Positions 34,797 through 48,799 of a DNA stretch of 64,000 bases are shown here, piece by piece. Origin of the DNA: Raillietiella orientalis (taxonomy: Eukaryota). Position 1 is the first letter of the stretch; each line of letters opens with the position of its first letter. The stretch is taken from positions 7,254,001-7,318,000 of the forward strand of contig JAYWIR010000002.1 of the NCBI GenBank assembly GCA_036172245.1, written 5' to 3'. The notes under the pieces are model-generated. The model was given only the letters and a program-made list of their open reading frames with translations. It was not told where the DNA came from and ran no database searches. Position numbers and translations under genes: made by a program.

Positions 34797-37700
34797 ATGG
34801 AATTAGACCAGCAAGTTGATTCTAATAATGTGCCTGTTAGTGAGGGCGTTTTAATGGAAGAACAGGAAATTATAGAAGCAGCCCATTCAGAAGGTTCATC
34901 AGAAGAGTCTTCAGACAGTGACACAGAAAATTCAGAGGATGAAGATGCTAAATTACAGAGCTTGAAGATTCGAGTAAGATTATTAAAACCTATATTTTAA
35001 AAAATCTGTCTAGTTGGGGGAAAACTCTTATGATTATGCAGCACATGTGGAATTGATTAAGTTATTAAGAATGCAAGGTGAATTGGATGAACTTAGAACT
35101 GCAAGAAAGAACATGAGCGGTATTTTCCCACTGACGGAAGGTATTGTCTACAATTCAAAAGTTTTAATACCAATACTTTGTCATTTTGTTCATTGCATTT
35201 TCCACTTTACCCACATTTTACTAACTGAAGTTAAGAAATTAACTTAAGAAATTATACTGACAGTATGAAAAGCTCAAAAATCAATTTAGTAATCAGTGAA
35301 ACATTTCATTATCAAAAAATCTAGTTTTGAAATGTAAATATTTTCTGTTTTTATAGTTAACATATGAAATAAGTTATTGTATGATTTATTCAAAGATAAA
35401 GAGAACTATTTCTCAGAAATTTTGAAAGCAATGCAATTTCAAAATCTTAAACTAAGAATCGCGTCTTTCAATAATCAATGTGTACTACTCGGTGTCACAA
35501 GAATAGGTGCTCCATGTAGTTAAAAATTCCACTCAGAGCAAGAATAGATGATATCGAAAATCCCTTCTTATCAATTAATATTCTAAGGCTTATCGGTTTA
35601 ATGGTCCACAATGCATATTTTGCCATGAGCATCATTAGAATTATTAATTCAAGTTCTGTTTTAAATTGGTTGAGTTTTTTGGATCTAGATTGAGTATTTA
35701 CTTGTGACTCTTTGAAATATATTATCGAGAAAAGTTATCTGTGATGCTTGTAATCCACAGTTTGTGTATTGAAGTTTTTCTCCAAGAAAAATAGTCATTT
35801 CCGTTGAAATTTGGCTTACCTAGCTTAAATTCTGACTGAAACTGTTCTGTTTATTAATGTTTTGTAGAGGAATTTAGTTTTCAAACAAACAGTGTTTTTA
35901 CCAAAGCTAAATTATTACATTATCCATTAAACTTTGTTGTTTAATAGATGGTGTCTTAGTTAAGTTTCACTTTTAGGAATAATGCAGTATTCAGTTATGA
36001 TATTTTTTTTTTACCAATAGGTTTATGGTTAGAATGGATCAGAGATGAAGTAGAATTAAATTCCATTCCCAGAGAAGAAATTATCAGCTTGTTTGAAAAG
36101 GCTGTTCAAGATTATCTGTGTAAGAAAAGTTGTTTTCAGTACTTAAAAATGATGTTATGCATCTGTTGCAGCTTGTTTTGCATTTCCTATTTTGTTATAA
36201 TTGTAATTCATTTTTCTATCATTTGAGTATTTGCATTCTTAGGGGTTCATGATGTACTCTTTTATAACTATTAATATTCACTCACATATCATGTTTTGGT
36301 TAAAGTTGTAGTCCCTTTTTTTATTATTACTATTAACATATGATGATTTTTTTATGTATAGATAAGTTAATTTTGTTAATTTTCATATCAACATTGGGAT
36401 GCATGATTTAACAAATTTCATCTCAACACTGCATGCTAACAAGTGTAAATGTTAAGAAAGATTGAAGTTATAACTTTATTTAATTGTACTAAATCAAATT
36501 TTAGCTGTTGAGATATGGTTAGAGTATCTCCAGTACTGTTTGAATGATATGAAGGATGAAAAGGTCATAAATAATATGAGAAATTTATTTGCAAGAGCTC
36601 TGAAGATTGCAGGATACCATGTTGCAAAAGGATCATTACTGTGGGATTTTTATCGAGAATTTGAACATGGATTGCTTAAATCTTTACAGGTATTTTAGAA
36701 TCAAACGCACATATCACTTAGTAGGAAAGTTTTTTAAAAAATGTATCTGTTCATATTTATGTTTAAAATTTTCTTAAAAGATGAAGAAAACTTCTAGATT
36801 ATTACTTTTTTTCATCTTTGTGTTGTGCTGTTTTTGAAAATTAAATATTTGATCTATTATAGCCAGTTTTTGAAGAGAGCAAAGAGAAAATGCATGTCAT
36901 TTCAGCTGTAGGAATGAGAAATGAGATGATTACTACATGGTTGTACATTTGTTTGCATCAGGAGTATTGTTGCAACATATCAGTTGTTCTGAATATCTGG
37001 TCTATAAATCCGCATCTATTCCCTGTTTCAGCATAGGAAAATTTTGAAGTATTAATCAGCTGATGAATGTGGTTAAGTTGAGGTTGGCTCATGCTACCAG
37101 ATTTGATTGTTTCAATAACTGTTTCAAAGTACCTCATGCATTATATGAACATGCTGTAGTCATTATATGAATATTCCTGTTTATTGTTTTTTCATAACAT
37201 AGAATTTCTTATCTTGGTGTTGCAGTTGTTATCTTGTGTTACCCTTGTTCGAAATAGTGATTTTATTAGTGATTATCTAAAGCACCTTGGTTGTCATCGT
37301 GAACCATAATTTAAATTTAAAAATGCTCTTAATTGATCTAAATACGCTAGTTTTATTGCAATTAAGACATGGGTTATCAATACAGATATAGTACTTATCA
37401 GCAGAATGCCTGTTGTAGTTTTAAAAAGTTTAAACTCTTGGCAAGCATACTTGAAACAGTGGTACCCTAGTTTCCAGTAGTTTGTGAATCAGCATCAGCA
37501 TACAAATATCACTGTGGATCAAATATCACCATGTACATGGAAAATTATAAATGAGGGCTCATAGTAGAACTCTTTGCAAATATGGCTGCACAAAACAGGA
37601 ATAAAACAGAATGCAATTTAAGAAAAATTGTTAGATGACAGTGATTCTAGCCTTTCAGCCTCCAAAGAAAGAGTGGAATCGTCTTTCATCCTTTCAATTT

Positions 37701-40631
37701 TTTGGCATATAAACTGCTCAAAGATGTCAGAAATTGATAGTCATAATATTTTGTTGATTAGCATAAGAATGAGGAATGTTCATGTGCATTCTGCATTTGA
37801 AGCATACATCCATTCAGTTTCATGTGTGCATTGTGGAAACAAATGAAAAATACACTTGATGATATGCATACAAAAGTATTTATTACAAGGATGCACTTTC
37901 GTCTTCAGGTCATCTCAGTTAATACATTTACTATCACTTTTTCTTGCACTGATACACTTACAATAGTAATTGTACATTTGTACTCGAGAATTTTAATTAA
38001 TGTTGCAAATTTTGTTTACTTTAGGTGGTGCAAAATGATTCTAAAGAAAAAATGATTCAGGAACAAAGCCAGAGACTTCGAGATATATTTCAGCGCCAGT
38101 TATCTGTGCCATTATTGGATATGTCTAATACTTACAAGGAGCTTGAAGTAAATATGTGTCTAATTAAAATATCAAACTTGAATTTGAATAGGATTGGTTA
38201 GGGGGTGAAGTTCCAGAAAATGTGCGTGAAACATATGAATCTACAACCAAAGTCCTGGAAAAATTACTTCCTTTTGAAGAGTCATTGGTAAGGTTACAAC
38301 TTAAATTCTTTATATTACTTTTTTGAAATGTTTGATTAGATCCGTGATGAGCCAGACAATTTCAGGGGGTATCAGTCCTATCTGAGTTTCGAAAAATTAG
38401 AAAAAAATCAAGCTCGAATTTGTTGTTTGTTTGAACGTGCACTTGCAGATCACTGTTTACGACCAGAATTGTGGCTGGATTATTTAAATTTTCAAAGGAG
38501 TTGCAATGCTTCTGGAACAGAACAATCTCAAGTAGTAGAACGGGCACTGCGCAATTGCCCTTGGAGCTCAGTTTTGTGGGATTTGTATGTGAAAATCTTA
38601 GAACGTTATGGAGCTGATGTTAATCTCATCAAAGGTAGAAAGTCATTATTAGAACTAAATTGCAGTCTGATCAATTTAAAGAGGTCGTGGAACAGGCTCT
38701 TGCTGCTGGTTTTGCAACAGCAGAGGACTATAGAAATGTGTGGCTGGCATACATAGATTGTTTGCATAGAAAGTTTCTCCAGAGTGATGAAGAAAGTTAT
38801 AATACTCATTTAGAAGAGTTAAGAGTTGTGTTTAACAAGGCTTGTGAGTACTTAGCTCAAAGTAAGTAAAAAAACCAAATTTGTGACTTTGTAATCTTTG
38901 ATTGTTTTTACAAAAAAAATGTCATGTTTCATAAAACGCTGCATGATACTACTGCATAAATTACAATAAAATACACATGTTGACTGCATGTTATGGTCAT
39001 CTTGAGTCAATGTTGTGCATTTTTAAAAATAAAATTGCTTCTAGCAGTCTGTGAACATATTTGTAGTGATTGCAATTTTGTTCCTTCTCCAAAGAAAGTT
39101 ATATTTTCCCATATTTTTTCAAGATTTTGGTCTGGATGGCGATCCCTCTTGTATTATACTAAAGTATTGGGCAAATATGGAAGCTAAAGAGGGTAAAAAT
39201 ATGGAACGAGCTCGTGAACTTTGGAATGATATTTTCAGTCTAGGTGATAGCACGGCACATTTGTGGTTAGAGTGCTTCTACTTGGAAAAGTATATTTGAC
39301 AAATGTACGTGTATCCCTTCAAATATTATTTTCAGAACATTTGGTGATGCAAAACACTGCAGAAAGATTTTGCAGCGAGCATTGCAGTGCACTAAAGACA
39401 ATCCAGAATTAATAATTGATTCCTGGATTGCATTTGAAAGACAAGAAGGAACATTGGAGTCATTTGAATCTTGTTTGGAAAAAGTTCAACACAAGTAAGA
39501 AATCTGCTCACTGTAACAAGCATGATTGTTTATAATAGATTGGTGGAACTAAACAACGCCAAACAGAAAACGGCGATTAAAAGTACAAAAACAGCTCAAC
39601 GTGCCAGTAAGAAACAGCCCTTCAAAAGAAAGGTAAGTGTGCTCTTATATGGGATGATGTATCCTGCTTTAGAAAATGACTGGTGATGATGGCAACAAAA
39701 AAACAAAAAGAACAAAAGTGACTACAGACAATGGTTCAGTACAGAATATGAATGAAGATGTCAATCCAAGGAGTCAGCCAGAACATGGACAAACCATACC
39801 ACACGATAGTTCTAAAGATGCAACAACCGCATTTCTTAGTAATTTGCCTTATGATGCTGATGAAGCAACTGTTCGGGAAATCTTTGAATCCTGTGGCACA
39901 ATCAAAGATTTAAGATTAGTCCGTGATTATCGAGGACGCTCCAAGGGGTTTGGTTATTTGGAATTCCATAATGAAGTGAGAATTGCTGTTATTAAATTAT
40001 TTTTAACAGTAAATTATAGGTGGACCTACAAAACGCTTTAAAAAAAGACAGATGTTTCATACATGGAAGACCTGTGTATGTATCACGTTCTGAAATGGAT
40101 CATGATCTCAAACAAAAGCCTTTCAAATTTGCAACAGGATTAGAAAAGAACAAATTGTTTATTAAAGGATTAGCGAAGTCAATATCTAAAGAAGAATTGC
40201 GTTCAATGTTTGAACCCTTTGGTAAACTGAAAGATATCAGACTGGTCACTTATAGAAATGGGCATCCCAAAGGATTGGCATTCGTTGAGTTTGTAGATGA
40301 GGTAATTAAGTTTGACAGTTTTTGTGTTTTTGTTAAATAATCTTCAAAGTCTTCTGCAACGCAAGCATTGATGAAAACAGATGGAATGACTATTAAAGAG
40401 AAAACGATATCAGTAGCTTTAAGCAATCCACCAGATCGAAAATCCAATGCTGCTAAGAGTCAGAGTGTTCCTTCTTTAGGAAAAGGAGTCATGAATCAAT
40501 ATCTGTACGTATATGATTGTGCCTTCATGTATGAATAAAGCAATTTCAGGCAGGGGCGTGGGCGTGGACGAACCCAGTTGAGTATGGTTCCCAGATCTCT
40601 TTCACGTGTTAGCCACAAAGAAGAAACTTAG
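34797..40631 (+). CDS. SART3: SART3/Prp24 U4/U6 snRNP recycling factor (HAT repeats plus two RRMs), 840 aa; exons 34797-34973, 35014-35140, 36021-36119, 36505-36689, 38025-38147, 38192-38287, 38340-38634, 38682-38861, 39124-39289, 39336-39494, 39539-39632, 39673-39975, 40020-40301, 40350-40504, 40550-40631
   Basis: 15 exons with GT-AG introns sum to 2523 nt in one frame. Acidic N-terminus, YDYAAHVELIKLLR..GELDELR.AR, HAT motifs (LWLEW, LFEKAVQDY, FERAL, RALRNCPWS), RRM1 (FLSNLPY, SKGFGYLEF), RRM2 (LFIKGL, PKGLAFVEF), RGRTQLSMVPR. Confidence 0.95.
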
Positions 40632-41989
40632 CAGTGCACTACGAGGATCGAACTGCAGCCGCAAGTTCATCTCGAATAAGAGCTAATTAGATGTATTTGC
40701 TAAAAATGCAGTTTTCGAACCATCAGAGATGATGACATAAAGAAGAATAAACCCTTTCTGAACGAATTTCCTGTTTTTAATTTCCAGCATTTCTGTAAAA
40801 ATATGCAATTTTTCAGATCTGTTGCAAAGTACGTTTGAAAACTGTTGCGCCTTCGTGTTTTGCACCCCAATGTTATTCATTCAGCCCTTTAGTTACGAAC
40901 ACAGTGCTGTATTCTACCTTGTTTCATGACCGATATACATTTGCCGATCACTTACAGACGAGCATTAAACAGGAGAATGGAAAACAGATTTTTTGACATT
41001 TCCCTTTGTCGCATTTGGTTTTTATTAATGATCCATATTTCCGAGTGAATGGAAGCAAGACGATGTACACTTCAAGTTTCTCAACTGTCACAATCGACAA
41101 GAAATGAATTTTATGAGCCAGGCGTAAACAAAAGTAAACCTGGGAAGCACCGGGATTGTAGGTTGAGACACTTGCTCACAATATGACCTGAGGAAATGAA
41201 AGCATTGTACAATGTATTTATTTTATGAGAAAACGTAAAAATATTCCAGTATGATCACCAAATGAAGCAGATTGAGATGGGCGAATGCAAAACCGTAAGC
41301 TCTTGTAGCAATTTCCGTCAGTTGTGTTTCAGACTAAAAGACAAGTCTTGCTAAGGACTCAGAGGACGGAGACAAATTGATGTGGATGCTCAGTAATAAA
41401 CTCAGTCTAGTTCGCCTCAGTTTACATGTATCGGTGTCCATTCATTTCGAGTTTTGATCCGGTGATCTTGGTATGTTTGGACTGTGCTGCTGGTCTATCC
41501 TGATTCAGGCGTAAAAACACAAATTCAGTACCAAACTACTTTTAGTTCCCACATGTGGCGACTTATTTGGGATGCATTTGAGCATCTGTGTGATTTTCCT
41601 TACTTTCATGTTTACGAAACTAAGCTGAGGAATCGACGGGAACCCAAGTCTGTTGTTGACGCGTCCTCAACGGCAAAGCTCCATCGCTCCAATGTTACGA
41701 AACTGTCAACCCATTGCAGTTAGACGAAGTTCGATCTATTTGCATTTCCCGAAGTCGGATTCAGTATTCCATGCCTCTTTTTTTACATTTCAATAAGCTG
41801 GATTTCGTTTTCCAATAAAATTTGCGCAAGGTGCAACGTGCATGCCGCGCAAGTTAAATTGGCCTAGAAAAAGTCAACGACGTTTCACCTATGCAGTTCA
41901 TCATTTACTGTTGTAATAATTAATGCGAACATTATCTCAATAAACTTCCAGTAAGTAAGCTTCTTCTGAACATTTAAATAGAAAGGAAG

Positions 41990-42400
41990 CTGAATCTCCC
42001 GAGCTGTAGACCTACAAGGATGGGGAGATTCTCTGGCACAGTGGTGTGCCTGGAGTGTGCTATACATGGTCAAACGTACCTTCCTAAGGGAAGGCCAGAG
42101 GAGGACTTCTGGTAAGAGGGAAGAAGCCCCATTCCGAAGGAGGGTCAATCATTCCTCTGGAGAAGCAACTTAGGAAGATCTTCGATCCCCAGGTCCTCCA
42201 GAACCAGTCGCACATGGAAGGAAATGCTGGATCCATGTGTGCTGTGTGCCGAACAGTGCTCAAGCCCACGTTCCTCCCCAACCAACTTGGGTGCACATGC
42301 ACAGTGGTTAGGCTATTTGAATGCACGCAGAGCACTCAAGTTCCTTGGGAAAGTTCCCAGGTTTGTGGAAGCAGTGGGAGCTATAAGTTCTTCTGACAGC
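41990..42400 (-). mobile_element. Small, very decayed non-LTR ORF2 3' remnant between SART3 and MRRF
   Basis: GC-richer patch with weak knuckle-like and LW..R-like text. Low certainty. Confidence 0.25.
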
Positions 42401-42600
42401 TATTAAACAAACAATTGCATCAGCACCTATAAAAATTTCATTAAAAGAATATGTTCTCTTCAGGGCAACTAAAGAAGATGCACACAAGAAAACCCTCTGA
42501 AGATCACTCACTGATCTGAAGCTCTCACAGGAAATGTAACTAATCTATCAATCAAAAACAAGTTTTTAAAATAAAATTTAATCAAAGGCTATTGAGCAAT

Positions 42601-44131
42601 TTAAGCATTACTTTCCAGCAATTCTTTTTGTTTATTGGCAAAGATTTTTTCTGCTTGCTGTACATGCTGCAATTCCAAGGCATGAACCTAGCAACAATCA
42701 AATTGCAATTACTATCATTGCAACCATTACAATGCATTAATACCTGTTGCTGACAACTGTAAATCAAATCCTCAGAAAAATGTGCCTTCCTAGAAAGTAT
42801 CTGTTGAATAAATTTGTTCTGAATTTGTTGTAGAACATGCTTGCATTTATTACAATGTAATTTTGCATTCTTTGATAGCACCTCCCTGTATTCTTTGGTT
42901 ATCCTGCAGTTGGTTAAAAGAGGTGCATAAACTATACTTACTAAATAGGAAAAACTACACTTACTTTGGAACAGGAATAAAGATTGTAGCACCATCCTGT
43001 TGCGGATTTATATTCATTCCAGATTTTCGTATATGTTGCAGTATTATTGGGATAGCTTGAGGCACTTCTGAACAATTGAGCACAATTAATTGTGGATTTC
43101 TTTTTGTCACTTGTACCAATTCATAGAGCCGATATTCCTTCCCATTATAATTAATCGGAAGATTTTCTATAACGCCTACATGATGAAAACCAACAACAAT
43201 TTAGATCGCATTGCATTACCTCCATGCACACATTACCTCCAATAGGCTTTAGTGATACATTGTGGATATATTCTTCTTTCAATGTATGAATTGCTTTTTC
43301 CATTTCAGCTTTCAATGCTTCCACACAAATAACTTCTTCCAGTTCCTCTTCATTGATCACAATATTTTTCTTGCCTAGAAATTGTAAGCATTTTTTAATG
43401 AAATAAAGGCATTATGTTTCCAGAATATAACAATCTCATCTTCCACTGGTGTTGGAAAAACAATAAGTTAATGGGTAAATGGAAATGATGGGGTGCAGGC
43501 AGCGGAGTAGAAAATGCAATCACGAAGTTGGAAAAATAATTACCCAAATTAGCTTATGAAATATTTTGCCATAAAAACTAATATAATTTTTCATTATGCA
43601 CGACATCAAATGGTTAAATCATTGAGTGTGTCAAATCCTGGTGTGACTGACTCCCAGTTAAGGACTGCACTGTCAGCAACAGCACACAGGGATGTAAACA
43701 GAATGTAGGTAAAAGCTGATTGTTTCTCACATTCAGTTGAAGGCCACTGATTTGTATTACAATGGACACAAGTTGTTTCCCGTGAAGCAAACCAATGTTT
43801 CAGTTCTGCATGCTCAGTTATAGTGAGTTTCAATACAAAATGCTTTTGTGAACAAAAATCTCCAGAATATTTTTCATTTACAAATACACTGCAATTTAAA
43901 CTTACTTTTACTTACGTTCCCTTTGTTTTTCCCTTTTGTCATGCAGTTTGTTGTTGTGTAAATCATGTGCTTAAAGAACAGGCTTTTGAGGGTGCCATTG
44001 TTTTCCTTGGTCTCACACCACCCTGTTCCAAATTCACAAGGATTTCGTATTTTCAAGAAGGATCTTTGTAAAAACAACAACGTGCTCTTGTGATGAACTG
44101 GAAAATGGTGAAAAAGAATCCTGCGCATCAT
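42601..44131 (-). CDS. MRRF: Mitochondrial ribosome recycling factor, 273 aa; exons 44131-43906, 43374-43237, 43175-42965, 42903-42744, 42687-42601
   Basis: Basic N-terminal targeting-like peptide MMRRILFHH. RRF motifs EMEKAIHTLKEEY, SGMNINPQQDGATIFIPVPKITKEYREVLSKNAK and KQKELL. Exons sum to 822 nt in frame. Confidence 0.92.
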
Positions 44132-47100
44132 CTTCAAGCACACGTTCCCACTTCAAGAGAGGAGATAAATCACACATTCCCTCTGCTGATTCCCATGCTG
44201 CACGTGCGTTCAGCAAGATTCCACAAGTCGCCAGGCACCGATCACCTACACAACGTCGTGCAACCGAGTACATTACATTTTCACTCGGTCAAGAAGAAGA
44301 AATGCGGACGTCTCGGGTACATAAGTACTTTTTTAAATAAGAAAGCTTTTTGTCGTTAGTGCTCGAAACCTTCGACTAAAGATTTCAGTAGAGGTTAGTG
44401 AAATTACAGCACGGGGAGGAGTGTCTTTCAGCTAAGAAGCTCAGTAAAAGGGACCAGCAAACGGTGAAGCAGTGGCGATAAGCAGCTGTGTGCACCTCCC
44501 ACAACAGCAAATTTTTAAATTTTCAAAGGAACTGAAAATTTTTCAGAAAAATTTTCCTTCGTTTACTTCACCAGCTACTGTAGGTGATGTAGACAGAGGA
44601 AAGAAAACTTGTAATTTCAAAGAGGGAATAATGGATGAGGTAGTTTTTGTAAGCATTAAATAGCCTTTTGGATATTACCTATTAGATAACTTTTTTCAAA
44701 ATCGACAGTGGAGGAAAATAAGTGAAGGGAAATGAGAGAGAAAAGTCTGCAGAGGGTGGAAAAGTGATCATTAAGACCAACTTCTATTTGGTGCTCTAAA
44801 ACCAATCAGTCCGAGCGAACACGGCAGACCGTTCAGGTCGAAATTTGCAGACTCAGAGGAGGAAAGGAGAAAAGCAGGCATCTTTGTAGGAAAAGGGTGA
44901 TAAAACAAAATCCTACATAGACTGATTCTATCCTATCACGTATCATTGATGGGTATTACGGGTATTTGCTGCGTGTCGTTCATACGAGGGAACTTTAGTG
45001 GGAGTTTCAATGCTGGAAATATGAAGAAAGCATGGAGACTGGAGATCAGACAGGAGATCATCATGCTGAGGTATAATCTGAGATGAAAAAGGGACCACGA
45101 TCAAATAGGAAATCCCAAACCTCAGTATATCCATTTTCACGACTCAATTTTAGAAATATGGAATGGAGAGTACAAAACATCAAGTGTTCTCGATTCATAA
45201 CACGTTAACAAGGTCTCTCAGTTTATATAAAATTGATGGTTTGATAGTTTTCATATTTAAATATGAGAGGGTTTCAATTAGCTGAGACTTTTCAATGAAC
45301 TAACTGCAAAACAGTAAAAAGTCCATAGTACAAAATGCCTCGAGATATCAAATTCCGTGCAGCGAAGCATCGTGTCTTGGTTCTCACGATTCACTTTGGT
45401 GTACAAGAGATGCAACTTCCTACTCCATGTTTTCAAAAGGAGATTGAACAGTTAACAAAAGAGTGTAATTCTGGAAGAAACTAAGGGAAACTCCTTGTCC
45501 TCCATCCTTCATACACCTGCATTCTGATTTCGCTTTTATACAGTTTTACCTTAACCTTCGACATGCATTCTCATTTAGCTGGCTAATTTAACAAAAAGAA
45601 ACATTATGTAATGTATTATGTTGGTTCATTTGATGTTGGTTTGACAAGTATAGCATTGCTTTCTGTTTACTTTCATGCCTTTGAATTTGCAATTTTGTAA
45701 GTGCGAGTTTATTTTTCGTGAAAGGCGCTGGCGCTTTTTAAAACGAAGAGCAGTTATTTAATCAAGTAGAATTATTGGTTTTCAGATTAGAATTCGAAGT
45801 GAATCAACCGAGTGCAACTGTGATATCAAAGATAGCTCCAGGAACTTTCGTGTGTCAAACAGCACAAATGCAGTAAATAAGGATGGAAAATATGCGCACA
45901 AGAAGAAAAAGAAAGAAGGAATAGCATAATTTCAATGTACTTAACTACACGTTCACTAATTAATGATTGCTGATGAGATAGCAAGACGACTATGAGTTTT
46001 CATAATCCGAATGTTTTTTGAAATGCCGGTTCATTAACGTTTAATTTTTTCTTCACATTCCTTCATCCATTCGTGTTTGGGTCTATTACTCTAATCTGCA
46101 TTTTTCCTCATTGCTTACTGCTGTTGCAGTTTCACGTTCCTTTCTCTTCCGCTTCTTTGGTGTCATTTCCAAAATGATGATTTTTCTTAAAATGAGCGTT
46201 GATGTTTCGTAGAAGCTCGATTACAAGTACTTTTATTTGATTGCAAATACCCGTAATAGAATCAGAGTGAATCGAAGTATATCGTGGTAAAGTATGTGGT
46301 TAGTTCTAGTGAAATGACACCACCAACTCACGAAAACTACAAGGCAAAGTCGCAATTCCCTGGTTTCATCAAATTCGAAATCGTCGTGCTTGCATTTGTG
46401 TTTTCTGGTGCCCTGGCTCTCCTGGGCTGAAAACTCGAGGCAGATCTACTTTTGCAGCATCGTGAATTTCTACGTCATATGCCTCATCACGAACTTACAG
46501 GCTGTAACGTGCCTACTCTTTGAATTATGTTTCGATGACAAGACAGCCGTCAACGGACTGTCGCAAATAGGACAGCTCCATAAAAGCATAATAGATGAAT
46601 AAAGTTCGAGTCTTAGACCCATTTAGATTAGTCCTCGATAGTCATTATTTCTGTGGATCGGCATTATCTCAGTTCCCAAATTCGGTTCATTTGTTTGCCT
46701 CAATGGCTTTTATGCGTGAATAGGAAAAATAAATTCTCCCCAATCTTTCGTCTTCGATTTCCAGATATCAGAACGGACTTCTTGAGCATTATCACCGTTG
46801 ACTTCACTAACGTAACAGGGCTTGGTCAGCGTGTTAGTTTGGGGGAGCTTCCATCATCATATCATTTCCGATTATCAGGAAAAAATAACCTTTTTTTTTT
46901 TTTTATCCTGAACAAGTTGTCCTTCTTACAAGACGGGCTGCCTTTCGAGGTACATGTATTTCATGGTTTCGTATAGAGAACACATCAGCTGGATGCAAAC
47001 CTACCCAGTCCTTTCACACTTAATGCAATATCCATGTGCACAAGGTTTGCTCTAAAGATTTCGAAAGCAAGTAAAAAAATCTGAAGAAATGAGAGCAAGT

Positions 47101-47590
47101 ACTCATTGAAGAATCCTTTTAAGGAGAAACTTTTTTGAAGACGTCGTTTTTTATCTCGATCCATTGTTTTTCTATCAATTTTGAACATCTTGCTTATCTC
47201 CTCCATAATCATTTTTTTTTTTTTCGTCTACATCTTCTCTTTTCCTTTTGTTATCATTTGAGTCGGTCTCAAATTGCATTTGCTTGTTTTGCACATCTTT
47301 CTCGACATAATTCTACAGAGAGTAGTAAAAACTTTGTTGATTACCATGTTGTCAACTCTACCTACAGTAACTCGAATGAACGCTGCAGCAGATATGGCCC
47401 ATGGACCAAAAATGGGGGTCAGGAAACCTCAAAAAGGAAATATGTATGTGTATATATATAGAGAAATACAATATTGCACTCTTGTGCGAGTTGGAATCGA
47501 AGAAGAACTACCATCGTTGCGAAAATGGAAGAGATTCCAGGGCTTGAGAATCCTTACGGAAAATGCCCGTTAGGTGAATAGAGAACCCTT

Positions 47591-47637
47591 CCATTTACGT
47601 TTTCCGGTGTCTGCCAGACACCGGAAAACGTAAATGG
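47591..47637. repeat. Perfect inverted repeat, 23-bp arms with a 1-nt spacer
   Basis: CCATTTACGTTTTCCGGTGTCTG-C-CAGACACCGGAAAACGTAAATGG. Confidence 0.97.
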
Positions 47638-48799
47638 GCAAATCGCGCGTTCGACAGGCAAACTTGAGCACCATGTAGATGTGGACACACGTCTCAGGGA
47701 GAGCAAGATCTCGTAATGGATCAAATTTATGATGATTAGTTATGGAACCTGACGATCTGGGCGGCTAGGTCGCCGGACTCTGCTGAATCCATAAAGGAAG
47801 CCATTTGTTCCTCGTCATGTGATTTATTTACTGTTGGACAGTCACGAAACGAAGAATGAAATTTTTCCTAATCGGATGTTTCGAAAAAAAACAAAACAAA
47901 AGGTGCTCGTCACACGAAATCTCATCTGGTCTATAATCTTGTCTAGAAAAATCGTCATGGCGAGCACAGCACAGTAATAGAATGAAAAGTAGGTAACGGA
48001 TAGATCGCGGAACCCAGAAAGAGCACATAAGGTGATGAGATGGGTGGAAGAAGAATTTAGCTCTTTATTTCTTTCTCGGAGAGTAATCAAAATATCAGCA
48101 CAAACCGCAACCTGGAGCTCCTCCTTAGAAGATATAACATTGGGTCACTAAAGTACACAAACGCACACACACACACACACTTATACATATGCATGTACAT
48201 GTGTATGAACGGCAATGTGGTCAAGTGAGCACTATCAGCATTTCTTGAAAGATGCTTGCAATCCACAGAGTTTCTGTAATGGAAAGAAACCCTGTGGGGG
48301 TATACGAAGAACGCTGTGTACATAAAGGTATACGGGTAATTGGCAAATTCCGCGCGCGACCATATGTTGGTCGCAGATGTAGGGAGACAGGAGATAAGGA
48401 TTTTATTTTCAAACTGGAAGGAAATGGACGGACATTGCTGATATCTGTTCGGCTCGTTGAGATGGAAATGCAATGTGTAGATACACTGTTAATCATGGTG
48501 GCGTGTTCCGAGTGCGTTTCAAACGTCTTACCTCTAACGAGGTGGACTTCAGGTTGATGATTTCGAGGCGTGGTTTCGAGCAAGCAGTCACGTTCGTGCT
48601 GAGAAAGGTCTCTGCCAGAATCAAACAAAGAAGGACGCTCAAGGAGGCGAGAACGAGATGAGCTGTCCTCTTGTTACATGAAAGATCTGCATTCACAGTT
48701 GATGCACGTTGTCCTATTTTTCATGTTCCTGAAAGCTCGCATAAGAAGTCGTGAAGCACAAGATAGGGAACACACGTAAATACATGAAGCGTAACACGA

